DNA of 61,388 nt. Source: a virus. Lineage: Duplodnaviria; Caudoviricetes. Position numbers and translations under genes: made by a program. This document shows, piece after piece, positions 52,054-61,366 of this stretch (position 1 is its first letter; the number at the start of each line of letters is the position of its first letter). The notes beneath the pieces are model-generated. The model worked only from the letters and a program-made list of their open reading frames with translations, was not told the origin of the DNA and made no database searches. The stretch covers positions 1 through 61,388 of IMG/VR virus record IMGVR_UViG_3300031228_000006, one strand, 5' to 3'.

Positions 52054-54057
52054 CTAGCCCCAGATCTCTCCGGGCTGCTCTTCCTCTTCCTCCTCGAAGG
52101 CGTTGAGCACCATCCGGGCGAGCATGCGGGCGCCGACCAGACAGACCGCGCCGTCGATCTTGCGGTTCGACTCGCGGTGCTCCTTGGCCAGCGAGGTGCC
52201 GAACCCGCGCGAGTCCGCGAACTCGACGGCGTTGCCGATGTGATTGACCAGAGCCGGGTGTCCGTCGAAGAGGAAGTTGGGGGCGTACTCCTCAACGTCG
52301 TTGATCGTCTCGAAGTCCTCGACCGTCTGCTCCGCGCTCTTGATGAAGGCCTTCAGGTTCGGCACCACCGACATGTCGAAGTTGATCGCGTGGGTACCGA
52401 CGCCGGACTTGACCGGCCAGTACTTCTTGTCGAGGCGGTCCTTGTAGGCCTGCATCCAGGCGTCGAACATCGGCATCCAGTACGACGTCTCGGTGGTCTC
52501 GTCCTTGGCGTGCGATGGGTCGCCCCACATGGCCACCACGTTGAAGCGGTCGAAAGCCATCTTCACACGCTGGCCCACGGCGGCCCTGGGGGCGAGCCAA
52601 CCCTTACCACGCTCGCCATCGGGCTTGGCCCACAGGCCGACCAGGAAGCAGTAGCCGTCCGAGAGGCGGCAGCCGACCAGGGCCGTGGCGTCGTCCGACT
52701 TCGAGCCGTCGAAGAAGAGCACGATCTGGTCGGCGGGGTTGATCAGCGTCCAGCCGCACTCCAGCAGGGCCAGTTCGGCCGAGTGTCCGGCGCGGGCCCG
52801 GTTCTCCCTCGCCATCGGGTGGATCGCGGCCTTGACGGCGGCCGGGTCGACCCAGGTCTCCTCGGAGGCGACGATCTGGTTGTACCAGAACCGGCGAGAC
52901 TCGGACATCGAGTTCTCGCTGGAGAGGATGAAGTTGGTCAGTGCCTCGATCTCCAGCCACCAGGAGCCGCCGCGCACCGCTCCGAGCACGCGCCCGATGT
53001 AGCGGATCGTCAGCATGTCCTTGATGTCGCCGGGGATCTCGGGGCCCTGGTAGTCCTTCGCCTCATCAGGGAAGATCGGGCGCAGGCGAGCGTCCTTCGG
53101 TGCCTCCAGGCTGTCGTAGGCCACGCCGGTGTAGAAGGCCTGGCCCGCCATCTCCTTGTCGTACGACTCGCGCACCAGGCGACCGACGGACTCCTCGTTC
53201 GGGTTGTAGGCGTTCGTGATCCAGAGCACCCGGGCACCGCCGCCCTTGGCCTTGGTGATGTTTCGCACGATCGCCTTGCGCATCTCCAGACCACCGTTGG
53301 ACTTGACCCACTGGTGGGGCTCGTTGCCGATGATCAGCGTTGGCCGGTTGCCCTCCAGGGTTCGAGGGGAGGAGGTCACGGCCTCGATCGCCTTCTGGCC
53401 GCCGTACGCGTAGATGACCGTCTTGCCAGGGTCGATCTTGTGCTCGGCGATGCACTTGTCAGTGAAGATGCCCAGGAACAACTTCATCGTGTTCTTGGTC
53501 TGGTCGAGCGAGACGGCGGCGGTCTGGATCCACGCGCGCGGGTGTGGGCGCGCGACCGGGTCCTTGGCCTTCAGGCCCTTGTCCGGCAGCGGCTCCTTCG
53601 TCCAGCCAGCGAACCGGCAGGGGCCGACGAACTCGATGGCCGCGATGAAGGCCGCGAGAGGATCCTTGCCCCAACCCTTCAATCTTTGCCAAGTTACTTG
53701 TCTTTGGATGAACTTGCCGCGCTCGTCGATGGCGTAGAACCACAGGATCATCCGGACCTGCTCGGCCGTCGGCTTGAAGGGCAGGCGGTTGTTGTTCTCG
53801 TCCACCTCCTCGCCGAGAAGGTTCTCCTTGGCCCAGTGGATCGCCTGGTAGCCGAGAGTGAAGTGCGGAAGGATGTAGCCCTGCTTGTCGCGCGGGCCGT
53901 CCCAGTCGGGGTCCTTGGACCACACCGGCCCCAGGCACTCGGGGATGACCTCCCAGTCGACGTTGCCCGTCACCCAGTCAGCGGTGGTCGGCTGCCCGAG
54001 CGTGTAAACGCCGGGAGGCTTCACGCCGACGCCCGGCTCGTCAAGCAGGGTGGTCAC
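52054..54057 (-). CDS. terL: terminase large subunit
   Basis: QRLKGWGKDP Walker A (L5-like), FDGSKSDDATAL nuclease motif, KIDGAV. Confidence 0.95.
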   Translation of the reverse strand: MTTLLDEPGVGVKPPGVYTLGQPTTADWVTGNVDWEVIPECLGPVWSKDPDWDGPRDKQGYILPHFTLGYQAIHWAKENLLGEEVDENNNRLPFKPTAEQVRMILWFYAIDERGKFIQRQVTWQRLKGWGKDPLAAFIAAIEFVGPCRFAGWTKEPLPDKGLKAKDPVARPHPRAWIQTAAVSLDQTKNTMKLFLGIFTDKCIAEHKIDPGKTVIYAYGGQKAIEAVTSSPRTLEGNRPTLIIGNEPHQWVKSNGGLEMRKAIVRNITKAKGGGARVLWITNAYNPNEESVGRLVRESYDKEMAGQAFYTGVAYDSLEAPKDARLRPIFPDEAKDYQGPEIPGDIKDMLTIRYIGRVLGAVRGGSWWLEIEALTNFILSSENSMSESRRFWYNQIVASEETWVDPAAVKAAIHPMARENRARAGHSAELALLECGWTLINPADQIVLFFDGSKSDDATALVGCRLSDGYCFLVGLWAKPDGERGKGWLAPRAAVGQRVKMAFDRFNVVAMWGDPSHAKDETTETSYWMPMFDAWMQAYKDRLDKKYWPVKSGVGTHAINFDMSVVPNLKAFIKSAEQTVEDFETINDVEEYAPNFLFDGHPALVNHIGNAVEFADSRGFGTSLAKEHRESNRKIDGAVCLVGARMLARMVLNAFEEEEEEQPGEIWG

Positions 54058-54569
54058 TCGAACAGTTCCTCACGCGACTGGACGATGGCCTTGTGGATCT
54101 CTCCGGCATCCATGGCCGCCGCGTCGATCTGATTCTGGCGAGTGAGTTCGAGGCGCAGTTTCCGGCGGTCGCCCTCGTTCAGCAGAAGCGCGGTGAACGC
54201 CTTCTGGTACGCGGACAGCGAGGCGCCCTTGAGCGGGATCGTGTCCTTGACGACGTTCCCCTCCTCGGTGATGCCGACGACCTGCGGGTTGAGGTCGCGC
54301 GAGAGCGACTCGCACACCAGGAAGGCCACGGCCCAGTCCGAGGGCTCGTAGTAGATCGACTGGCCGGAGCGCTGGATCGAGTCCCAGAGCATCCGGGCAA
54401 CAGAGTGCCAGGTCGGGTCCGGACTCGGCACGACGACCTCACCCTGGAGGACGTGGTCATCCAGGATGACGGCCTCGATGGTCTCCTCGTACGGCCGTCC
54501 GGCGTAGTCGGTCTTGTTCCGCCTCCGCCGTTCGCTGGAGCGCTTGGGGGGAGGCCCGTTACCGGGCAC
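54054..54569 (-). CDS. terS: terminase small subunit
   Basis: GPPPKRS.ERRRRN...WH..A...W.S...SGQ..YYEPSDW...EGDRR; directly upstream of terL. Confidence 0.85.
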   Translation of the reverse strand: MPGNGPPPKRSSERRRRNKTDYAGRPYEETIEAVILDDHVLQGEVVVPSPDPTWHSVARMLWDSIQRSGQSIYYEPSDWAVAFLVCESLSRDLNPQVVGITEEGNVVKDTIPLKGASLSAYQKAFTALLLNEGDRRKLRLELTRQNQIDAAAMDAGEIHKAIVQSREELFE

Positions 54570-54573
54570 GGCC

Positions 54574-55404
54574 TCAGGCCTCTACGTGGGTCGCCGCGTG
54601 CGCCTCGACGTCGTCCGGCTCGATGAGTTCGTCGCACGACTTGCAGCGGCGGCGGCGCCGGTTGACCTTGGGCTTGACTTCCGCCGGAGCCTCTTCAGGA
54701 TCTTGGCTCGGCTCGGCCTCTGCGGTCTGGGCACTCGGCTCCTCGGGCTCGACGTCGTTCTTCATGGTCGTGGCGATGCTGTCCCAGGTGTCGGCCGGGA
54801 TGACGGGCTCCGGCTTGCCGGTGTCGTTGGTCGCCAGGGTGCTGAAGTCACCGAACACGGCCTCGATACCGGCGGCGTCCCAGTCCTCCTGCGAGAGGGG
54901 CGGCAGCGGCGGCGGGGTCGGCTCGACATCGCCGGTCTCGGGAGCCGGGACCAGGGGGCCGCCGTGCTGCCAGTCCTCGGCCGGGACGTCCTGAATCTTC
55001 TCCGTGGCCCACTCGAAAGCCCGCTCGGGGATCTCGCCGGAGACCGGGAAGGTGACGGTGCCCTTGGCCTCGTCGACCTGTGCGCCCTTACCGAGATTCT
55101 CCAGAACCTTCTGGGTCTCGGCGTCGCTCTGCTCCAGGTGCTCGTGGACGACCTTCTGCATCGGAGGCGCGTCCACCGGCGCCGGTCGCTTGACCGTGGC
55201 TCGGGTGTAGCGCAGTGCGTTCTCGATCGCGAACTTCGCCGGGTTGCCCTCCCAGCCGGGGAGGAGCCAGACGATGTCGCTGGGGACGAGGCGTCGTACG
55301 CCTGCGGCCCCGAAGACGTAGGTGAAGCGGCTGATGCCGTAGTCGGGAGCGAGACGGTTCGCCTCGATTCGACTCTTCGCAACGAGCAAGACCTTGTTTG
55401 CCAT
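54574..55404 (-). CDS. hypothetical protein (acidic, C-terminal C2H2-like)
   Basis: AGGAGG RBS; CKSC...H...H. Confidence 0.75.
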   Translation of the reverse strand: MANKVLLVAKSRIEANRLAPDYGISRFTYVFGAAGVRRLVPSDIVWLLPGWEGNPAKFAIENALRYTRATVKRPAPVDAPPMQKVVHEHLEQSDAETQKVLENLGKGAQVDEAKGTVTFPVSGEIPERAFEWATEKIQDVPAEDWQHGGPLVPAPETGDVEPTPPPLPPLSQEDWDAAGIEAVFGDFSTLATNDTGKPEPVIPADTWDSIATTMKNDVEPEEPSAQTAEAEPSQDPEEAPAEVKPKVNRRRRRCKSCDELIEPDDVEAHAATHVEA

Positions 55405-55471
55405 TAGCCGCCTCCTGGGGCTTTACGTCGGGGGTTGGGCCGGATCTGACCGGCTCGATGGGGACAGCGTA

Positions 55472-57109
55472 TCAGTTCAACTTGCTGAACTCGGTCAGGT
55501 GCCGCGTGAGGGGGTCGCTGCCGTTGACCAGGCGGCGGCCCCGGGAGTCGGCCACCCACACCACGCCGGTGTCGTCGGTGGTGCGGATCAGGCGGCCGAT
55601 GCCCTGGACGGCCGAGACCGTCATCGAGTCCTGGTACTTGCCCGGGTTCGAGTTCATGATCGCCTTGTTCACCGGGTCGACGCTCGGGTAGGGCAACTTC
55701 CACAGGATCACGCAGCGCAGGGCGTTGCCGGGTACGTCGAAGCCGGTGGCGAACGACGCGGAGCCGAACAGGATGGCGTTGCCGTCGGCCTTGAAGGTCT
55801 CGGCCATCTTCTGGCGCTCCGTAGGCGTCGTCTCCCGGCCCTGGATGAGCCAGGTGAGGCCCAGTTCGGTGATCACGCCCGCGAGCCGCCGCTCGGCCTC
55901 CTCCATGTCCGAGAACGCCGAGAAAAGCATCAGCACGCCGCCCTTGGCCCGGCGGATCAGGTCCTCGACCTCCTGGAAGCGGATGTCGAAGTTCTGAGGC
56001 ACTTTCGAGTCGCGGTAGGAGCCGCTGTACTGCGAGAAGCCGATGAAGGCCTTGCGGTAGTCGAAGGGGTGGCCGACGTCCACGAACGGCGCCTCGACGA
56101 CGCCCAGGCTGGACGCCATGGTCTTCGGGATCGTCGCCGAGACCAGGCCGAAGGAGCGCGAGGTGAGGAGTTCGCGCGAGGAGGCAGCGATGTTGATCCA
56201 GTCCAGTTTCAGGCTGCCATCATCGACGTACGCAACAGCGCTGTCGTGGGGCTCCTGGAGGTAGGCGTAGAGGCGTCGGGCGCCCTCCTGGGTCTGACGC
56301 TGTCGGGTCAGTTTGTCGCCGGGGTACGGCGCTGGCATCTCGACCGAGCACAGGTGGATCAGATCCTCCATCGGGAAGCCCTTCGTCTCCGAGAGCGCCA
56401 TCGCCCTCTCCTGCCGCGCGAGCCAGTTGGCCAGGCGCGGCCCCGAGGTCCCGGCGAAGGAGAAGCCCTCCAGGTTCTTGTGGAAGATCGAGCGCGAGGC
56501 ATAGTCGCGCAACTTCTGCTCCAGCGTGTGCGCCTCGTCCACGAACAGCGAGCCGTCCGGATCGAAGATCTCGGCACCGAGCGGGCGCAGAATCCGGTCG
56601 TTGACGATGAGCATGTCGGAGTTCGTGACCACCACGTTGGCGACCATGGCGGCCAGTTTCGCCGCCTGGTAGCCGCACTCGTAGATGGTCTCCTGGGTCT
56701 CGTAGGCCTTCATCGTGCAGCCGACCTCATAGCCGTCGCAGCCAGTGACGTACGAGCCCGGCATGACCACGTTGGCCGAGGCGGCGCTCAGGTCGCAGCG
56801 GTAGTGGATCTTGCCGCGCAGTTCGGCGAACTTCAGGTCCTCGAAGGCCTTGCGCGCCACCGGCACGTCGCCATCGAGGTACTGGTTCATCAGGGTCAGC
56901 GTCGGCGTCACCACGATCGAGGCCTTCTTCGACTCGCGCGCCCGGTCGGCGGCGGCCGAGAGGATGGCGGCCGACTTGCCAGTGCCGGTCCCGGCCTGAG
57001 CGATCACGCCCGTGCTGGTCGCGGTGATCAGGTGCTCGAACAGCGCCACCTGGGGCTTGCGAGCGGAGAATCCTGCTGCATCGAGGTACTGCTGGAGTGC
57101 GGTTGCCAC
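55472..57109 (-). CDS. DinG/XPD-family SF2 helicase
   Basis: AGTGTGKS, DEAH, LVSAT, GFDVPG, KLPYP, QGIGRLIR; four Cys after LRGK..Y. Confidence 0.9.
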   Translation of the reverse strand: MATALQQYLDAAGFSARKPQVALFEHLITATSTGVIAQAGTGTGKSAAILSAAADRARESKKASIVVTPTLTLMNQYLDGDVPVARKAFEDLKFAELRGKIHYRCDLSAASANVVMPGSYVTGCDGYEVGCTMKAYETQETIYECGYQAAKLAAMVANVVVTNSDMLIVNDRILRPLGAEIFDPDGSLFVDEAHTLEQKLRDYASRSIFHKNLEGFSFAGTSGPRLANWLARQERAMALSETKGFPMEDLIHLCSVEMPAPYPGDKLTRQRQTQEGARRLYAYLQEPHDSAVAYVDDGSLKLDWINIAASSRELLTSRSFGLVSATIPKTMASSLGVVEAPFVDVGHPFDYRKAFIGFSQYSGSYRDSKVPQNFDIRFQEVEDLIRRAKGGVLMLFSAFSDMEEAERRLAGVITELGLTWLIQGRETTPTERQKMAETFKADGNAILFGSASFATGFDVPGNALRCVILWKLPYPSVDPVNKAIMNSNPGKYQDSMTVSAVQGIGRLIRTTDDTGVVWVADSRGRRLVNGSDPLTRHLTEFSKLN

Positions 57110-57119
57110 CTGGGGCCTC

Positions 57120-59501
57120 CTAGTTGCCGAAGAGCGAGTTGTTGGTGTAGATGCCAGCGCGCGACTCTGCCTTCAGGCCGACGCCGAGAGTGTAGTTCCT
57201 GCCGTTGGACTTCTGCACCTGGAGCGTGACGCCGAACAGGTCCTTGATCGTCTTGCGGATCAGATGGGCCGACCGATGCGGCGCGTCGCCCTCCAGGTGG
57301 AGCGCGAGGGCGTCGCGGAGATCGTCGGCGCTCTCCCGGTATCCGTCGCCCAGGATCAGGTCCTCACGTACAAACTTCCGGATCCGGTCGTGGTCGTCCA
57401 GGGCGGCCTCTCGCAGGGCGTTGGCCTCGTCCTCGTTGGAGATCTCCCACGCCTGGTCGAAGAGTACCCGGTGAGCGATGGCAGCCGCCTCGGCCGGGAG
57501 TTGCTCCTCCATGTCGGCCTGCCGTACGTAATCCTCGGACCGCTGGAAGTGGACCGAGGTGAAGCGCCGGAACAGCGCCTTGCCCTGGTCGGGAAGCGGG
57601 GCATCGTCCTCGTTCGAGAGCACGATCACCACGCGCTTGAAATCCTCGGTGTACGCGGTCTTGTTCTTCGGGTTGATCCGGACCTGGCCGTCGGAGAGTT
57701 TCTTCAGCCAGGCCACGATGACCCGGGGCGAGACCGTCTTCGAGGATTCCATCTCCTCAAAGACGATGAAGGGCTTGTCGGCGACGTCTTCGAGGGCGTG
57801 GGAGTCGCGCTCCAGGTCGGCCATCGAGAGCACGCCGACCGAGTCCTGACCGAAGGCGGCCTTCAGGATCTTCACGGTCATGCCCTTGCCGGTGCCGCCG
57901 TCGCCCCGGAACTCATAGACCCCGTTCTCCAACTGGAAGATGCGACGCAGCGCCAGGCCGTAGAGGCGACGCTGGGCGGGGTCGGCGAGGCCGTTGCGCA
58001 GGATCAGGTCGAGCATCGGCGTCGGGCCCGGAGCGGGATCGTAGTCCACCGGCTTTCGCAGCGTCATGTAGTCGTTGGTGGGCTCGATCCACTGGTTGCG
58101 CTGGGGGTCGTACCAGCGAGTCTTGAAGAGCACCAGTGGCCGCCTCTGGGTCTGGCCCCGGAAGACGTCCGGGCGCCACTCCTCGTGCTGTCCCTGGGGG
58201 CCCATCCCCGAGGCCATGACCGTGCGGGTGATGATGCCGGTGACCGTGGCCGTGGGGACCATCCGCTGGATCACGGTGTACTTGCTACCGTCGGGCTTCT
58301 CCTTGCGGGCCTGGACCTTCAGCGTGTTCAGCCAGGAGGTGACCATGTGGTCGATCTGAGCCTTGTCGAAGGCCGTCCACTGGTCGTTTACACGAGCCAT
58401 CAGGGTGCCCATGCCCCGGTAGAGCGGCTTGGACTCGGTGAGGAAGTTCGCCCTGGTGAAGTCGTCGGCGAGATACCAGGGCATGTCGCCCTCGTCCTCG
58501 TAGATCGTCTTCGCATCGGGTGGAGACATCTCATCATCGGACTCGCCAAAAGGGCGGGTCGACGGCGCCTCGAACCTGATGCTCGGGTTGTTGAAGCCGA
58601 CGAGATCGTTGATGTCGTTGTCGACGCTGGCGCCCAGCGGGCTGTTGAAGCCCTCGCGCAGGGCCTTGATCATCGTGTTGCGCTGGTGATGGTCGAACGG
58701 GAAGCGGCCGTTGGCCCGGCAGGCCTCCTGGACGAGTTCGACCGCGCGCTCCTTGGTCAGGATCCCACCGGCGGCAAGGCCTCCGATGATGAAGCAGGAG
58801 CGGTTCAGGGTGGAGTGCTTGTCGCCGTCCTGGGCGGCCAGGAGCATCCCCAGGGCGTTGCGCAGGCGTACGTCGGACTCGTCGATGTTGACCTCGACGG
58901 CCTCGGTGACGGCGGCCAGCGACTTCTTCTTCTGGGCTTCCTTCTCGTCCTGCCAGGAGCACAGGGTCTCGAAGAGCCAGTCCGGCATCGGGATCGGGTC
59001 GGACTCGTCCTCGATGCGGTAGCCGGTGCCGTCCGAGCACGAGGAAGGCGGGGCGAAGACGATGCGGCCGTTGGCCCGCAGGTCGACCGCGCCCATCTTG
59101 ATGTCGTCCACCTTGTGGAGCGCCAGGCCGGTGTCGTTCTTCGTGAACCGCTCCATGCGCTCGTCCCACGCGAAGCCGTAGTGCTTGCCGAACGAGCGGG
59201 TCTCCACCGTCCAGGTCTCGGGCTCGCCATGCTCGGCGAGGAGGGCGTCCCAGCGCGGGCAATCGCCGTCCACGTCCACGAGCATCACGCCGGAGATCGA
59301 GCCGGTGCGTACGCCGACCGCCTCCGCCGCCGAGGAGCCCGGCCGCTGGACCGGCATGTCCGCCGTCGCCTTCTCCCAGGCCTCGACGCCTTCAAGGACC
59401 TTCTTGCCGTCGGCGTCGATCGCGATCCGGTTGATGTACACCGTGGGCCAGCCTCGCGACTGGTAGTCCTCGGCGGCCCTCTCGATCGGGGTGAGTTCCA
59501 A
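57120..59501 (-). CDS. bifunctional DNA primase-polymerase with C-terminal SF3 (D5-like) helicase
   Basis: GVRTG...VDVD...T.S.GKH...VDLR...APPS (prim-pol) and GDGGTGKG (Walker A). Confidence 0.85.
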   Translation of the reverse strand: MELTPIERAAEDYQSRGWPTVYINRIAIDADGKKVLEGVEAWEKATADMPVQRPGSSAAEAVGVRTGSISGVMLVDVDGDCPRWDALLAEHGEPETWTVETRSFGKHYGFAWDERMERFTKNDTGLALHKVDDIKMGAVDLRANGRIVFAPPSSCSDGTGYRIEDESDPIPMPDWLFETLCSWQDEKEAQKKKSLAAVTEAVEVNIDESDVRLRNALGMLLAAQDGDKHSTLNRSCFIIGGLAAGGILTKERAVELVQEACRANGRFPFDHHQRNTMIKALREGFNSPLGASVDNDINDLVGFNNPSIRFEAPSTRPFGESDDEMSPPDAKTIYEDEGDMPWYLADDFTRANFLTESKPLYRGMGTLMARVNDQWTAFDKAQIDHMVTSWLNTLKVQARKEKPDGSKYTVIQRMVPTATVTGIITRTVMASGMGPQGQHEEWRPDVFRGQTQRRPLVLFKTRWYDPQRNQWIEPTNDYMTLRKPVDYDPAPGPTPMLDLILRNGLADPAQRRLYGLALRRIFQLENGVYEFRGDGGTGKGMTVKILKAAFGQDSVGVLSMADLERDSHALEDVADKPFIVFEEMESSKTVSPRVIVAWLKKLSDGQVRINPKNKTAYTEDFKRVVIVLSNEDDAPLPDQGKALFRRFTSVHFQRSEDYVRQADMEEQLPAEAAAIAHRVLFDQAWEISNEDEANALREAALDDHDRIRKFVREDLILGDGYRESADDLRDALALHLEGDAPHRSAHLIRKTIKDLFGVTLQVQKSNGRNYTLGVGLKAESRAGIYTNNSLFGN

Positions 59502-59619
59502 GGGGGTGCCTTCTTTCTGACCTAGCAGGTGGGTGATGCGGGCACGTCGTCCCGGGCGGGCGAAACCGATGGTACGCCTGATCGCTGGGCCAGCATACCA
59601 ACTATGGGCGAGTCGGCGT

Positions 59620-59990
59620 CGGCGGGACGCCTTCGAGATGGTCCCTGGAGCCGCAGATGGCCCTAATTAAGCCCCAAGCACTGGCACTGCCATAGTCACT
59701 GGCCAATGCACTAAGCGTTTCCCCTGGTCAACCCTACTATTACTACCTATTAGTGCCTAAGTGCCTATAAATCAGGTAGTAAGGTCACATGTAGTACAGG
59801 GGTAATAAGCCTTATTAACGTATGGATCTCTCCCGCACATGTATAGGCTAGGTCAGAAAAAAAAATGGCACTTCGTCACTTTGGCACTATTTTAGGGTCT
59901 TTCCGCAGGTCAGAGCGGGTTTCCAAGAGCACTTACGGGCAGTCCCGAGTGCTTTGGGTTCAGCACTTTGGGCCCTGCGGCTTAGTTCGT
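59620..59990. other. Candidate replication origin / divergent promoter region
   Basis: AT-rich non-coding DNA next to prim-pol, with many (G/T)CACT and AGTGC repeats and a 9-A run. Confidence 0.5.
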
Positions 59991-60004
59991 CTCACCATGT
60001 GGAC
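59990..60004 (+). promoter_or_regulatory. TCTCA-N5-TGGAC operator-like site
   Basis: TCTCAccatgTGGAC, overlapping the -35 zone of a leaderless promoter. Confidence 0.6.
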
Positions 60005-60034
60005 AGTCCTTAACGCCCTGTTAGTCTGTTGAGC

Positions 60035-60346
60035 ATGAACCTGACCCAGTACGTAGACGTGGCGATCCTGATGGTCGCCTGCATCATCTACGGGATGGTC
60101 TTCGCCGTCGCGGTGCTCCTCGTGCTCAAGGAGGGCAAGATCGAGGCACCCGCGTTCGAGCGGATCATCTCCCGGTTCCAGGAGCGGCAGCGCCAGAAGA
60201 CGGCCGCGCTCGTGGATGAGTACGAGGACTACCTGGTCCGCTATGAGCGCTGGTACATCAAGCACTGGCACCTGAAGGTCTCCAGCATCGACCTCTCCCT
60301 GATCGCTCCCTCCTTCGACACATGGCGCGAGGCGAGGGGCCGATGA
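60035..60346 (+). CDS. membrane-anchored hypothetical protein
   Basis: TAGTCT 7 nt before ATG; N-terminal TM. Confidence 0.7.
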   Translation: MNLTQYVDVAILMVACIIYGMVFAVAVLLVLKEGKIEAPAFERIISRFQERQRQKTAALVDEYEDYLVRYERWYIKHWHLKVSSIDLSLIAPSFDTWREARGR

Positions 60347-60630
60347 GCGAGCATCCTCTAGAGCCCCAGTACCGCGACGCCCATGAGTTCGCGCGCGAGA
60401 TGGTCACCCTGATCAAGTTCGGCCAGGAGAGCGGCCAGGACGACAACGAGATCGCCGTCGCCATTCGGGGGCAGATCCGCCAGAAGATCCGCGAGTGGAC
60501 CGACGCTGGCAGCCCGGCCCGCGTATGGATCCTCGTCGAGGTCCTCTGCTTCGGCGTTGCTGGATCCTTCGAGGACCTCAGCGACTGGTCTGAGTCCGTC
60601 ATCAACGCCCTGTCCGAGGAGGACCGATGA
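60343..60630 (+). CDS. hypothetical protein
   Basis: ATGA overlap. Confidence 0.7.
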   Translation: MSEHPLEPQYRDAHEFAREMVTLIKFGQESGQDDNEIAVAIRGQIRQKIREWTDAGSPARVWILVEVLCFGVAGSFEDLSDWSESVINALSEEDR

Positions 60631-60830
60631 GCCGCCCATTCATCGCTCAGTACCGAGGCGCCTGCATCGCGTGTGACGGTTCAGTCGAGCCCGGCCAGGA
60701 GGTTCGCTTCGTCGGAACCGGATGGCTGGAGCACGTCGCATGCCCGAAGGAGCCGACGCCGGGTCCCATCTGCGGCGGCTGCCAGATGGAGATCCCAGCC
60801 GGTCTCTCCGAGTGTCCGGACTGCGGATGA
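60627..60830 (+). CDS. Cys-rich Zn-binding hypothetical protein
   Basis: CIAC...HVAC...CGGC...CPDC. Confidence 0.7.
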   Translation: MSRPFIAQYRGACIACDGSVEPGQEVRFVGTGWLEHVACPKEPTPGPICGGCQMEIPAGLSECPDCG

Positions 60831-61069
60831 GGACGCCCTGGGAGGAGCGACCACTGTTCGCTCGCGATGCCGACGTCACCGTCTACTGGCCCGACGTCCG
60901 GCCGGAGTACGACAACGAGCAGGACGACACCTGGCGCCCGGAGGACGTCGATGACTGCCCCGGCGCCGGGGTGTGCGAGGGTCACTGCGACCAGCACCAG
61001 TGCATCGACGGCTGCTGCGGTGGCGGCTGCGAGGCCTGCCTAAGCATGTGTCCGGGGTGGCACGAATGA
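60827..61069 (+). CDS. Cys-rich hypothetical protein
   Basis: ATGA overlap; 9 Cys in the C-terminal half. Confidence 0.6.
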   Translation: MRTPWEERPLFARDADVTVYWPDVRPEYDNEQDDTWRPEDVDDCPGAGVCEGHCDQHQCIDGCCGGGCEACLSMCPGWHE

Positions 61070-61281
61070 CGCGCGGCGCCCACTTCGACTGGCCCCAGAC
61101 CGCCTACCGCGTTGTCGTACGCAGCGGGGACGAGGTCATCGGGATGTATGGCCCGTTCCGCAAGCCCGAGTCGGCCGAGATCACCAAGGTCCGCATGCAG
61201 AACACCGCAAAGCGCGCGGGATCACAGGTCGACGTACGGATCCAGGTCTGCCACCTGCGCTGGGATGACACGGGGCTCTAA
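61066..61281 (+). CDS. hypothetical protein
   Basis: ATGA overlap. Confidence 0.65.
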   Translation: MTRGAHFDWPQTAYRVVVRSGDEVIGMYGPFRKPESAEITKVRMQNTAKRAGSQVDVRIQVCHLRWDDTGL

Positions 61282-61305
61282 CCGAACACCTGCGCGCATA
61301 CAGTC

Positions 61306-61336
61306 CACCCCCGAGCCATCCCCCGGCTCGGGGGTG
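61306..61336 (+). terminator. Terminator hairpin
   Basis: CACCCCCGAGCC/GGCTCGGGGGTG. Confidence 0.65.
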
Positions 61337-61351
61337 CTTCGTTCTCTAGTT

Positions 61352-61366
61352 GTCCAAATGGTGAGA
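61352..61366 (-). promoter_or_regulatory. TCTCA-N5-TGGAC operator near the genome end
   Basis: + strand GTCCAaatggTGAGA. Confidence 0.55.

Noticed and set aside
20421-57109. Type IV CRISPR-like system (Cas4-like nuclease plus DinG helicase)
   Set aside because: The genes are 34 kb apart in ordinary recombination and replication contexts; no repeat-spacer array or Cas5/6/7-like genes were seen.
4368-58394. L5-type stoperators as the explanation for GTTTACAC
   Set aside because: No consistent orientation relative to transcription in the late arm, and no immunity repressor or integrase recognised.
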